Under the pieces are notes generated by a model. That model ran no database searches. It saw only the letters and a list, made by a program, of their open reading frames with translations, and had not been told where the DNA came from. From NCBI GenBank assembly GCA_947625145.1, contig CANQNC010000001.1, positions 6,315 to 70,314 of the forward strand: 64,000 nt of DNA, given 5' to 3'. Both the position numbers and the translations under genes were made by a program. Shown one piece after another: positions 1 to 9,418 of this stretch (position 1 is the first letter of the stretch; each line of letters opens with the position of its first letter). This DNA is from an uncultured Clostridia bacterium (GTDB lineage Bacteria; Bacillota; Clostridia; Christensenellales; CAG-917).

Positions 1-3000
1 TCCTCCTCAGTGCTCGAGGCGGTGAAGATGGCGCTCGACGACTATCACTCCCTTGACAAACTGTCCCTCAAAGTGCTTTACGAGCATTACGGCATCAACC
101 TGCTCAAAGGCGTAAGCGGGATAGATTTCACCCAAAAGGGCTTTTACGACAAGCCTCTGACAAGCATTGTCGGGGACATGTCCTTGTTGCTCAACGACCT
201 CTATCTGTCCGACATAAGCAAGATCACAAAGATGGACTTCACCACCTACGGCATCCCCATTTTGAACGAAAACCTGAACGTCGGCTTGACAAAGGCGCTT
301 GACAACATCATGGGCTCGCTCAATTCGGACATGACCTTGCGCTCGATCAAGGACAAGTTCGGGCTGGATCTCGGCGCCGCGGACAACGATATGCTTGCCG
401 CTTTGCAAGACATATCCCTCAAAAACTTCGGCAGCGTGATAGACGCGCTCAGGATAGACACTCTCTTGAACGCGGACGCGGACTCCTTCCTCGCGCTCGG
501 CAACAACGTCGTGTACGTGCAGGCGGACGACTACGAAGTCGTCTCTCCCGCCGACCTCGCCAACCCCGACTACAAACCCAAAGACGGCTATGAAACGTAC
601 ATTGCGGGCGCGGTGGACGGCAAGTTGGACGTCAAGGAGTTGAGATATTTCAGATATCTCGCGGACGGCCGCGTGGTTGTCAACAACACATGCTACAACG
701 AGGGCTTCTCCGTGCCCGAAGGCGTCGAGGTGGTAAGGCACCGCCTTTACAGGCAAAAGACGGACGCGGAGACCGCGGACAAATACTATGTCGTCACCTA
801 CGCAAACCGCGTCGCAACGCTGGACGGCGCCTCCTACACACTGCTTGAAAAGGGCTTCGAGGACGCGGACAACATTTACGTTTACAACGAGGAGACCCCC
901 GTCAAGCTGTCCTCCGTGATAGAGGGCGGCACAGTCAACGTCACGGGCGCGGCAGTCAAAGTCGATGACAAGTTTGAAAAATCTCCGCTTTACGCCATAG
1001 TGGACGAGGAAATCACAAAGGACAGCGTGCTTTCCGAAGTGCAAGAGCCTGCTTTGGCAAAATTCGTGCGCTCGCACGTCGGCACTTCCGCCACCCTCCT
1101 GCAAAAGATCAACTATCTCAGCATAGGCGAGCTCCGCGACGCGGACAGCCTGCTCAAAGGCATAAAGATAGGCGAGATCATAGACACGACCGCTCCCGGG
1201 ACGTCAAAGATCGTCATCGCGCTGAAAGACAGCACGCTGGACACGATAGGACAGGACATCAACAATTTGCACGTGGACGACATTTTCGACACGGATTCCC
1301 CGGACACCGCGCTGATCATGAAGTCCCTCGCAAACCGCCATTGCACGCTGAACGACCTCGGCTCCATTGCGGATCAACTGACAATTGGCGAGCTTATCGC
1401 GGTGGATTTCGACGAGTACGAGCCTTACAACTCCGAGCCCGCGGACGAGGATCTCGCGGACCCCGCGAAGAGCTTTTTCGTCAAGGTCCCCGTATATGTG
1501 AAGTACGACCCGTTTGCGGCGGATATGTACGGCGAGGGCGCCCGCAGAGGGGACTATGACGAGGAAAGCGGCGTGTTTTCGGAAAACGGAGACGGCGAGT
1601 TTGTGGAAACTTTCTACTACACCCTCTACGGCAAGACGGAACACAAGGGCATGCAGGTCTACACGCAGACCCGCCAATCCGACACCGCGATCGCGATACA
1701 ATCCCTTGCGAGAAGGGGTTGCAAAATGTCGGATATCGGCTCGGCGATGGATCAGCTGACCATATCCGAACTTCTGCGCATAGACAACTCCTCCGCGCAC
1801 CTGTTCAAGACTCTTGCGAGGAAGGGAAGCAAGATGTCCTCGCTTGCGGGAGAGATAGACGATCTGAAAATTGACGAACTTATTGAAATCGACTCCTCCT
1901 CCGCATACCTCATGCGCTCGCTCGCCGCGCGCGGTTGCACGATCAACGACCTCAGCACGATCACGGACGAGCTTACGCTCAGCGAGATGATAGAGCTGAA
2001 ATATGACGAATACACCCCCGACGACGCGGGCAAATACGTACTTGTCGAAGACGAAAACAGCTATATGCCCTATGTGGCGGACAGCGACATGGATTGGAGG
2101 CATAAGTACACCAAGCAGGAGGGCGGAGACTTTGTGCCCGCCGAACTCCCCACCGAGGAGCCCTTGTATGTGCACTCGGCGTACTACACACTCTACAACG
2201 CGGCGTTGCACACCACGGAAAATCAATACGTGCGCAAAACCGAAGCGGGCGCGGTCCAACGCTATGCAAAGAGCGCGGTCGATGACGCCTCTTCCCCCGT
2301 GCTTCAGCGCTTTGCCTCGTCCACGCTGGGCAGTTTCTCCTCCGCGTTCGGCACGCTGATGATCTCGGACGTCATGGACATTGACGCGGACGTCTACGGG
2401 GAGATAGACAAAGCGGACATCCACAAGACCACGGTGGAGGAGGGCGACGGCGGCAAATCCCACGACGTCTACTACTACAAGGAGCAGGAGAACAACCAAA
2501 CCCTGTTCTACTACGACGCGGACAACAAGGTGTATCGCGTGGCGGAGCAATCCGACCTCAAAGAGGCAATGGAAGGAAGCAAAACGCTTTACGTCGTGAC
2601 GGCTTTCGGCTCTTCCACATCCATGCTGAAAAAAATCGCGTTTGTCAACGTGCAAGAAATGCCGAACGCGCTCGACGCGGTGATCTCCGACCTTATGCTG
2701 GGCGAGATCATAGACATCAACTCGGACTACGCTGTCGGCGATCTGCAGGCTTACGACGCATATTCGCCCGACGAAGATAGCTTCTATTTCATCGAATGGG
2801 ACGGCAAGACCTACTCGGGCACGGGAGAGGCAAGGCGCGAGGCAGTGTACGTCTACGACAGTCAGCTCAGCGGCAAGTATTTTGCAAGCGACAAACAATA
2901 CGTCGCGCTCTCGGACGAGGATCTGCAAGGCGAGTTTTCAACGACAACTTATTATTACGAGTACAAAAAACTGTCCGAGCTGAAAACGCAATTCGAAGGT

Positions 3001-4089
3001 CAACCCTTGCTCTCAACCGACGCGTTGAAACTTGTCGCGCTCAAAGCGAAAGCCGTGGAAATGGCGACCAAGGACGCGAACATGTTCATCTACACCGCGG
3101 GCAAGGAGACGGAAAGCGAAACCTACAACCGCATCCTGCCGCTTGCCATATACGAGATAGGGCACCTCGCAAGCTATTCCGCGGTGGACAGCTGCGATCT
3201 GTATTACAGGGTCAAAGCGGAAGGGCCGACGCAATATTCCTACACTGCCTACACAAACACAAACAACAAGGTCTATGTGGAGATCCTAGGATCCAAGCAA
3301 TACACGGACGTGGCGTCCTCGGGCACAAAGACTCCGCTGTACTACGACCCCGAAAAGCCCTCGCATGCGGATCTTCCAAAATTCGAACTGCATACGTCCG
3401 AAACAAAGGAGTTTATCGTCCCCATTTCGGATTCGGACTACGGCTATGACAAAGAACACGACCTCACCCTTGCCCTGCAATATTGCTATCCCGTGTACTT
3501 CCTCAACTCGCCGTACTCCAAGCCCGATCGTGACACGGACTATGTGTATGTCAACGGCGCGTACGTGGTCTACGACGAGGGCAACCCCGCACACAACGCG
3601 GAAGACGTACAGCACTTCACAATGAAGATGGGATATATCGCGCAATTCGGCGAGGCGTTCTACTATGACGTTTCGAACGGCCGCGTCGCCACGACCGCGC
3701 TTTCCCCCGCAAAGGTCTCTGTGATAAGAGAGCGCAGTTCCGCCGTTCTCCGCTTGCTTGCGCAACAGACGGTCAAAAACATGAACGGCATAATCGCGGA
3801 GGCGAAGATAGGCGACTTCATGGACATCACCCCCGGCACCATCTTCGACAACGAGCAAATCCAAATGTCCACGCTGAACGACCTCGGCATAACGCTGTTT
3901 TCGGTGTTTACAAACATGACCGTGGGCGAACTGCTTGAATGGAGCAACATCACCACCATTCAACCCTCCGTCGCTTCGATTTTGCACGACGTGAAGATCC
4001 CCGACTTCTTTGCGGGACTTCAGCTTGACGCGAGCACGGGCAATATCGTCGTGGACGTGCGCGCGCTCTACGGCTTGAGCAAGGATTGA
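1..4089 (+). CDS. Large acidic repeat-containing protein, function unknown (5' end probably off-window)
   Basis: Track ORF 10..4089 (1359 aa, GTG start chosen by the ORF caller). Nt 1-9 are open in the same frame, so the gene probably starts upstream. A short motif L-x-[IL]-[GSD]-E-[LIM]-[IL] recurs (LSIGELRD, IKIGEIID, LTIGELIAVD, LTISELLRID, LKIDELIEID, LTLSEMIEL, LMLGEIIDIN, MTVGELLEW). No family recognised. Confidence 0.6.
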   Translation, partial: SSSVLEAVKMALDDYHSLDKLSLKVLYEHYGINLLKGVSGIDFTQKGFYDKPLTSIVGDMSLLLNDLYLSDISKITKMDFTTYGIPILNENLNVGLTKALDNIMGSLNSDMTLRSIKDKFGLDLGAADNDMLAALQDISLKNFGSVIDALRIDTLLNADADSFLALGNNVVYVQADDYEVVSPADLANPDYKPKDGYETYIAGAVDGKLDVKELRYFRYLADGRVVVNNTCYNEGFSVPEGVEVVRHRLYRQKTDAETADKYYVVTYANRVATLDGASYTLLEKGFEDADNIYVYNEETPVKLSSVIEGGTVNVTGAAVKVDDKFEKSPLYAIVDEEITKDSVLSEVQEPALAKFVRSHVGTSATLLQKINYLSIGELRDADSLLKGIKIGEIIDTTAPGTSKIVIALKDSTLDTIGQDINNLHVDDIFDTDSPDTALIMKSLANRHCTLNDLGSIADQLTIGELIAVDFDEYEPYNSEPADEDLADPAKSFFVKVPVYVKYDPFAADMYGEGARRGDYDEESGVFSENGDGEFVETFYYTLYGKTEHKGMQVYTQTRQSDTAIAIQSLARRGCKMSDIGSAMDQLTISELLRIDNSSAHLFKTLARKGSKMSSLAGEIDDLKIDELIEIDSSSAYLMRSLAARGCTINDLSTITDELTLSEMIELKYDEYTPDDAGKYVLVEDENSYMPYVADSDMDWRHKYTKQEGGDFVPAELPTEEPLYVHSAYYTLYNAALHTTENQYVRKTEAGAVQRYAKSAVDDASSPVLQRFASSTLGSFSSAFGTLMISDVMDIDADVYGEIDKADIHKTTVEEGDGGKSHDVYYYKEQENNQTLFYYDADNKVYRVAEQSDLKEAMEGSKTLYVVTAFGSSTSMLKKIAFVNVQEMPNALDAVISDLMLGEIIDINSDYAVGDLQAYDAYSPDEDSFYFIEWDGKTYSGTGEARREAVYVYDSQLSGKYFASDKQYVALSDEDLQGEFSTTTYYYEYKKLSELKTQFEGQPLLSTDALKLVALKAKAVEMATKDANMFIYTAGKETESETYNRILPLAIYEIGHLASYSAVDSCDLYYRVKAEGPTQYSYTAYTNTNNKVYVEILGSKQYTDVASSGTKTPLYYDPEKPSHADLPKFELHTSETKEFIVPISDSDYGYDKEHDLTLALQYCYPVYFLNSPYSKPDRDTDYVYVNGAYVVYDEGNPAHNAEDVQHFTMKMGYIAQFGEAFYYDVSNGRVATTALSPAKVSVIRERSSAVLRLLAQQTVKNMNGIIAEAKIGDFMDITPGTIFDNEQIQMSTLNDLGITLFSVFTNMTVGELLEWSNITTIQPSVASILHDVKIPDFFAGLQLDASTGNIVVDVRALYGLSKD

Positions 4090-4110
4090 TCGGATCAAAA
4101 CCACACGCTT

Positions 4111-4140
4111 CCCCGCGGAGATCCCGCGGGGTTTTCTTTT
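4111..4140 (+). terminator. Rho-independent terminator
   Basis: Hairpin CCCCGCGG-agat-CCCGCGGGG followed by TTTTCTTTT, about 20 nt after the stop at 4089. Confidence 0.8.
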
Positions 4141-4183
4141 GCCTTGAAGTATAAAATCCCTCGGCGTTGGCAACAATCCTAAA

Positions 4184-4735
4184 ATGAAAAAATCAAGATC
4201 CGACAACACCGAACTTGCCCTTCTCAAAGCGGCGCTCCGCTCGCCCGAAGCCCCCGTCTTGCCCGACCCTCCCGAGGCAAGCACGGAAGCGAAACGTCAG
4301 ATCGTGGTCGTCTGCTTCGGCACAACGGCCATTTCGGGGGACGCGCTCGGACCCATGGTGGGCAGTCAGCTTGTGGACAAATACAACGTGCCCGCCTTTG
4401 TGTACGGCACCGAAAACCATTGCGTAAACGGCAAAAACATGAAGGAGTGGTTGAACTTCATTCGAGCCGTGCACTCGGACGCGCTGTTTGTCGCGGTGGA
4501 CGCGGGGCTGGGCGCAAAGGACAAAGTGGGACGGCTTGTGATACGCGACGACGGCGTTTGTCCCGCCGCCATCAAGGGCAAAAAGGAACGCTTCGGCGAC
4601 ATAGGCATACTCGGCATCGTCGCGGAAAACAAAGGGGACGCGCTTATGCAACTTATGACCGTATCCCCGCTTTATGTTGCGGAAATGGCGGATAAAATCG
4701 CGAATATGTTGCAATCCGAACTTTTTTCGGCTTGA
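4184..4735 (+). CDS. yyaC: Sporulation protein YyaC family (putative spore protease-like, DUF1256)
   Basis: 183 aa. The core IVVVCFGTTAISGDALGPMVG...VYGT...FVAVDAGLG...GILGIV matches the YyaC pattern (CIGTDRSTGDxLGPLVG / IDACLG) as I remember it from Bacillus. yyaC is origin-proximal in B. subtilis. Confidence 0.65.
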   Translation: MKKSRSDNTELALLKAALRSPEAPVLPDPPEASTEAKRQIVVVCFGTTAISGDALGPMVGSQLVDKYNVPAFVYGTENHCVNGKNMKEWLNFIRAVHSDALFVAVDAGLGAKDKVGRLVIRDDGVCPAAIKGKKERFGDIGILGIVAENKGDALMQLMTVSPLYVAEMADKIANMLQSELFSA

Positions 4736-4751
4736 TCGGTTATTATGCAAT

Positions 4752-4786
4752 GGGTTTGCCTTTTGGGCAAGCCTGCTGTTTTTTGC
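4752..4786 (+). terminator. Rho-independent terminator after yyaC
   Basis: Hairpin GGGTTTGCC-tttt-GGGCAAGCC (one G.T pair) followed by a TGTTTTTTG run. Confidence 0.6.
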
Positions 4787-4951
4787 ACCCGAAAGCGGCG
4801 CGCCTCCGCGGCAGTTGCTCCGCCGAGATATGACAATCCCGTTTGGCTTTGCGCTCCCAAACATACGGGCGCGCGCGGAAAGAAACATTAAAACGTTTTG
4901 GAAACCGACCTAAAATCGCAGGCTTAAACAAAGCGTCGTGTTTTACGTCTT

Positions 4952-4981
4952 AAAAAGCGAGAGCGTTTGCCCTCGCTTTTT
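4952..4981 (-). terminator. Terminator downstream of gdhA copy 1 (symmetric, potentially bidirectional)
   Basis: AAAAA-GCGAGAGC-gttt-GCCCTCGC-TTTTT located 23 nt beyond the gdhA stop at 5004. It has an A-run on one side and a T-run on the other. Confidence 0.7.
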
Positions 4982-5003
4982 GTCATTGCTTTTGTTGCAA
5001 CTC

Positions 5004-6350
5004 TCAATACACTCCCTCGGCGAGCATCGCCTCCGCGACCTTTTTGAAGCCCGCAAGGTTTGCCCCCGCGACAAGGTTGTAGCCCATGTTGTACTCGGTG
5101 AGCGTGTCGCAGATCTTGTCGTGAATGTCGCGCATGATGTCTCTGAGGCGCATGTCCACTTCCTGCGCCGACCAATTGAGCCTCTCGCTGTTTTGGGACA
5201 TCTCAAGCCCCGACGTCGCCACTCCGCCCGCGTTGACCGCTTTGGACGGGGCGACAAGCACGCCGTGCTGTTGCAGATAGGCGCACGCCTCGTTTGTCGT
5301 GGGCATGTTGGACACCTCGTTGAGCACCGGGACTCCCATTGCCACCATGGCGACGGCGTCGTCTAGCGTGATCTCGTTTTGCGTGGCGCAAGGCATATAT
5401 ACGTCCGCCTTGACGTTGCCCCACGGCTTCTTGCCCGCGACGTACTCGCAAGGATAGCGGTCGGCATAGTCCTTGACAAGGTTGCGGTTGGACGCGCGCA
5501 TTTTCAGCATAAAATCCATCTTCTCCCCGCTTACGCCGTCGGGATCGTAGACATAGCCGTCCGGGCCCGAAAGCGTGACCACCTTTCCGCCAAGCTCGGT
5601 GATCTTTTTTGTCGCGCCCCACGCGACGTTGCCAAACCCGGACAGGCAAAACGTCTTGCCCTTTATGTTTTCCCCCTCGTGCCGCAAGACCTCGGTCAAA
5701 AAGTAGGTCGCGCCGTAGCCCGTCGCCTCGGGACGTATCAACGAGCCGCCGTAGCTCAGCCCCTTGCCCGTCAGCACGCCGTTTTCAAACGCGCCGACGA
5801 TGCGCTTGTACTGCCCGAAAAGATATCCTATCTCTCTGCCGCCCACGCCCATATCCCCCGCGGGGACGTCCATGTTCGGACCTATGTGGCGATACAGCTC
5901 GGTCATAAACGCTTGGCAAAAGCGCATGATCTCATTTTCCGACTTGCCCGTGGGATCGAAGTCGCTGCCGCCCTTCGCGCCGCCCATGGGAAGGGACGTC
6001 AAGGAGTTTTTGAATGTCTGCTCGAACGCAAGGAACTTCATCATGTCCAAATTGACGTTGCCCTGAAAGCGAAGCCCTCCCTTGTAGGGCCCTATGGCGT
6101 TGTTGAACTGCACGCGGTAGCCCCTGTTGACATGAAACTCGCCCTTGTCGTCCTCCCATGTCACCCTGAAGATCAGCTGACGATCGGGCTCCACCATTCT
6201 TTCAAGTATCCTGAACTTCTTCAACACGCCTTCGTTTTGCTCGACGGCGGGCTGTATGGAGCGTAGCACCTCGCCGACGGTCTGCAAAAATTGGACCTGT
6301 CCTCGGTTTTCGCGAGCGGTCATTTCAAAAACATCTTGCACATAGGACAT
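5004..6350 (-). CDS. gdhA: NAD(P)-specific glutamate dehydrogenase, copy 1
   Basis: 448 aa with canonical Glu/Leu/Phe/Val dehydrogenase motifs: GPYKGGLRF, LPMGGAKGGSDFDP, GDMGVG, GFGNVAWG (Rossmann fold). Confidence 0.95.
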   Translation of the reverse strand: MSYVQDVFEMTARENRGQVQFLQTVGEVLRSIQPAVEQNEGVLKKFRILERMVEPDRQLIFRVTWEDDKGEFHVNRGYRVQFNNAIGPYKGGLRFQGNVNLDMMKFLAFEQTFKNSLTSLPMGGAKGGSDFDPTGKSENEIMRFCQAFMTELYRHIGPNMDVPAGDMGVGGREIGYLFGQYKRIVGAFENGVLTGKGLSYGGSLIRPEATGYGATYFLTEVLRHEGENIKGKTFCLSGFGNVAWGATKKITELGGKVVTLSGPDGYVYDPDGVSGEKMDFMLKMRASNRNLVKDYADRYPCEYVAGKKPWGNVKADVYMPCATQNEITLDDAVAMVAMGVPVLNEVSNMPTTNEACAYLQQHGVLVAPSKAVNAGGVATSGLEMSQNSERLNWSAQEVDMRLRDIMRDIHDKICDTLTEYNMGYNLVAGANLAGFKKVAEAMLAEGVY

Positions 6351-6571
6351 ATTCGTACCCCCGAAGTTGATTTTTCGCCTATATCATACAACTTTGGCGT
6401 TGTGATTTCAATATTTTTTGCGGTTTTTCGACAAACTTCCGCTTGCCGTCCTCCTCGTTTAAGCATGCCCAAACTAACCAAAAAAAATTTCGCGTTTCGC
6501 TTGCAAGATCTCGCGTTTCGTTTGTCGTTGTACAGCTCTTAAAATGCGCGTTCCGTTTGCCGCGCCTCTTT

Positions 6572-6610
6572 CAAAAGGGCAAAAGAATATCCCGCCGTTT
6601 GGCGGGATAT
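6572..6610 (-). terminator. Rho-independent terminator after the 933-aa membrane protein
   Basis: On the minus strand, ATATCCCGCC-aaac-GGCGGGATAT is followed by TCTTTTGCCCTTTTG, starting 6 nt after the stop at 6616. Confidence 0.8.
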
Positions 6611-6615
6611 GTCTG

Positions 6616-9417
6616 TCATCTGGGTCTCGGCCCCCCTCCCGTGGGCCTTGTGCCCGAGGGGCGACTGCCCGAAGGTCTTGCGCCGCTTGACGGCCTTGTT
6701 CCGCCGCCCGACGGCCTTGCGGCAGGTCTGCCCGTCGCGGGTCTCGCTCCCCCGCTCGCAGGCCTAGGCGCCGCGGGTTTGCCCGTCTTTGCGCTTCCCG
6801 CGGGAGCCGTTGCGGACTTACCCTCCGTCGGCTTTACCTCCGTCGGCTTTTCGGTCGCGGGCTTTTCTGATTTGGATTTGTCGGACTTTGGCTTGTCGGC
6901 TTTGGTCTTTTCGGGCTTAGGCTCTTTGGCGGGCTTGGGTTCTTTTGCGGGCTTTTCCGCTTTTTCCTTCTTTTCCGCCTTCTTGGCTTTGGCTTCGGCT
7001 TTCGCGTCCGCCTTTGCCTTTTTCGCCGCCTTCTTGTCCTCTTTTTCCTGTTTTATTTCCTCATCTATCTGTTCCTTTTCCTGCTTCTTTTCCTCTTTTT
7101 CCTGCTGTTCGGCTTGTTTTTCCGCCTCTTGCGCGGCTTTGTCATCAGCCTTGACCTGTTCTTTCGCCGCATCGAGGAGCTCCTGCGAGCCTTCGGGAGT
7201 CGTCGTCGCGCGGATGATCCTGTCGCGTGCGACCGCCGTCCTCTCTCTCGTGCGCTTTCCGCACTCTCTGAGCACGCCCGCCGCAATGATCAGCACCACG
7301 CCAACGCCGCCGAAGATATACAGCCAATTGCGCAGGTTGAGCACGTTGATGACCGCCATAAGCAGGTTGTTGGATTGCACCCACGTCGCTTGCATGTAGC
7401 CGAGCATCGCATAGTGCACGTTCATGGGCAACACTTGAATTTTGAGCGCGTCGTTGTCGTCTATGCACAATCCAATGCCAAGCGCCGCGCCGCCCGTCAC
7501 ATCTTGTATGAGCGACACGAGGTCCTCTTGCAACACGCCGCCGAGGGAGTCGACAAGGTTGCCCGCCGCGCTGTTGACAAGCGCCAAGATCATCTTGAGA
7601 TCCACTTGCGCGCCGCTGATGTTGAAAGTCGTCGCGGAAAGGTCGATCGAGGTGATGTCCATGGGGCTGCCCAACATGTCAAGCACAAGCCACTTGACGG
7701 GGCGTTCGACCATGCCGTTTTCATACAGCTTCCACCCCTCGTCGTTGTAGGCGTATTGAACCTTGATCATCTTCCCGTCCGAGTTCATCATCTCGCCCTC
7801 TTCGGTGAACAGTCCGCCGCCGTCCCTGTATGCCTGAACGACGTCCGGCTCGTAGAGTTGATAGAGGAAGTTCTCCTCGCCGTTGTAGATGATCTTGCCC
7901 TCGTCGTTGACAACGGGTTGCGAATAGCTCCAGCCCTTGTTGAGGATGAGCCTCAGCACGACGGGTATGGTCATACGCGAATCCATCTGCGCGTACAAGA
8001 GCATTGCGTCGTCGAAGGTCTGATAGCCGTCCTGATTGAAGTTGTCGTAGTTTGCGTCGAACAGCGCCTTCAACTTCTTGTCTTTGAAGCCCACCTTGAT
8101 GAGGTGCTCGTAGTTGGAGTGATTGTAGATATAATCCACAATTGAGAGCGCAAGCCATCTGCGGTTGGCGCTGTTGTCAAGCGCGTACGTGAAGTCGTTC
8201 AAAACATAGTTGTTGTAGACAAACTGATACAGCTCATACCTGTACGGATCGTTTTTCCGCATCACCTCAAGCACGTTTTGATCGATGGACTGAATGTCGG
8301 GATATCTCGACTCATAGTCGCTTTTGCTGTTGTCTATCTCGGCGTTGAGATAGTTCAACACAACGTTTGCCGCCGACCCCGGTTCAAACGCGCTGAGCGT
8401 CTTGTAGGAGAAATCGCCGTGCTCCTCATCCGTGAAGTTGTTCAGGTTGCCCGCAAGCATGTTGTACATGATGAATTGGCGCTCCAGTTCGGCATTTTCT
8501 TCGACTTGCGATTCCGCATTGTAGAATATATCCTCCGCAAAGAGCGTGCTTGACGTCGCGTTTGCGATCACGTCGGGCACGGCGTACGTCAACAGCATGC
8601 CGAACACCGTCGTCAGGCAAACATACGTGATGGCGACTTTCGCCGTCTGCGAGAATATGTTGCTGCGCGTGCGCTTGCGCGTCACCGTAAGCGTGACCGC
8701 CATGAAGATGAGCGCAAACAGCACTATCACCACAAGACCCACAAACGGCCAGACCGTGTACGCGGGAAGCAAATTGTAGCTCTTGATGGCAAGCACAAGC
8801 GTGACCACGATCAGCGGTATGACCGCAAGCAGATGCAGAATGACCGCAAACGCCGTGTATCCGACAGAGGTCTTGCGATGATCCGCCTTCATGCGCTTGC
8901 TGACGGGATAGGAGACGGGAATGACGTTGCCGTCCTTGTCCCTGTTGTAGCGCTTTTCTTCCTTCTTTTTGGAGCCCTTTTCCGTCTTTTCGGGTTTTTC
9001 GGCCTTAGCGGGCTTCTCTGCTTTCGCGGGTTTTTCGGCCTTAGCAGGCTTCTCCGCTTTCGCGGGTTTTTCCGCCTTGGCGGGCTTTGCCGCCTTGGCG
9101 GGCTTTGCCGCCTTGGCCGGTTTCTCCGCCTTGGCGGGCTTTGCCGCCTTGGCCGGTTTCTCCGCCTTGGCGGGCTTTTCGGGTTTGCTCGGTTTTTCCG
9201 CTTTCTCGGGTTTGGCGGGCTTCTCCGGTTTTGCAGGTTTTTCCGGCTTTGCGGGCTTTTCAGGTTTCGCCGCCTTTTCGGGCTTTGCGGGTTTGTCCGC
9301 CTTGGGTTTTTTGTCCTTGACGAGCTTTTTGCTTGCTTCGACAGGCGTCGTTGCGGGCGTCTCGGGGGTGCCGCTCGGCGTCAAAGTGATATCATCTTTT
9401 TTGATTTCGTCGCTCAT
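6616..9417 (-). CDS. Large multi-pass membrane protein with low-complexity termini, function unknown
   Basis: 933 aa. The N-terminus has about 110 aa of K/P/E/A hexapeptide repeats. Hydrophobic helices include AVILHLLAVIPLIVVTLVLAI, VWPFVGLVVIVLFALIFMAV, VAITYVCLTTVFGMLLTYAV and WLYIFGGVGVVLIIAAGVL. A roughly 500-aa soluble domain lies between them. The C-terminus is a K/E-rich stretch followed by a P/G/R/S-rich tail. Its start is 1 nt from the upstream gene's stop, so the two form an operon. Confidence 0.75.
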   Translation of the reverse strand: MSDEIKKDDITLTPSGTPETPATTPVEASKKLVKDKKPKADKPAKPEKAAKPEKPAKPEKPAKPEKPAKPEKAEKPSKPEKPAKAEKPAKAAKPAKAEKPAKAAKPAKAAKPAKAEKPAKAEKPAKAEKPAKAEKPAKAEKPEKTEKGSKKKEEKRYNRDKDGNVIPVSYPVSKRMKADHRKTSVGYTAFAVILHLLAVIPLIVVTLVLAIKSYNLLPAYTVWPFVGLVVIVLFALIFMAVTLTVTRKRTRSNIFSQTAKVAITYVCLTTVFGMLLTYAVPDVIANATSSTLFAEDIFYNAESQVEENAELERQFIMYNMLAGNLNNFTDEEHGDFSYKTLSAFEPGSAANVVLNYLNAEIDNSKSDYESRYPDIQSIDQNVLEVMRKNDPYRYELYQFVYNNYVLNDFTYALDNSANRRWLALSIVDYIYNHSNYEHLIKVGFKDKKLKALFDANYDNFNQDGYQTFDDAMLLYAQMDSRMTIPVVLRLILNKGWSYSQPVVNDEGKIIYNGEENFLYQLYEPDVVQAYRDGGGLFTEEGEMMNSDGKMIKVQYAYNDEGWKLYENGMVERPVKWLVLDMLGSPMDITSIDLSATTFNISGAQVDLKMILALVNSAAGNLVDSLGGVLQEDLVSLIQDVTGGAALGIGLCIDDNDALKIQVLPMNVHYAMLGYMQATWVQSNNLLMAVINVLNLRNWLYIFGGVGVVLIIAAGVLRECGKRTRERTAVARDRIIRATTTPEGSQELLDAAKEQVKADDKAAQEAEKQAEQQEKEEKKQEKEQIDEEIKQEKEDKKAAKKAKADAKAEAKAKKAEKKEKAEKPAKEPKPAKEPKPEKTKADKPKSDKSKSEKPATEKPTEVKPTEGKSATAPAGSAKTGKPAAPRPASGGARPATGRPAARPSGGGTRPSSGARPSGSRPSGTRPTGGGPRPR
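8968..9312 (-). repeat. In-frame tandem 18-bp (hexapeptide AKPEKP/AKAEKP) repeat array inside the 933-aa gene
   Basis: About 18 imperfect units are visible in the DNA (GGCTTTGCCGCCTTGGCG / GGTTTCTCCGCCTTGGCG ...). They translate as PAKPEK/PAKAEK/PAKAAK. Confidence 0.85.
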
Positions 9418-9418
9418 C

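Noticed and set aside
1204-2928. 574-aa antisense ORF (also 7..1104 and 3286..4284) opposite the large repeat protein
   Set aside because: These are typical high-GC shadow ORFs. They have R/V/H/A-rich composition, no RBS, and lie fully inside a better-supported gene on the other strand.
8968-9312. Tandem repeat array considered as a CRISPR-like or non-coding satellite
   Set aside because: The units are 18 bp with no spacers, are in frame, and translate to a continuous PAKPEK/PAKAEK tract within a long ORF. No cas genes are present.
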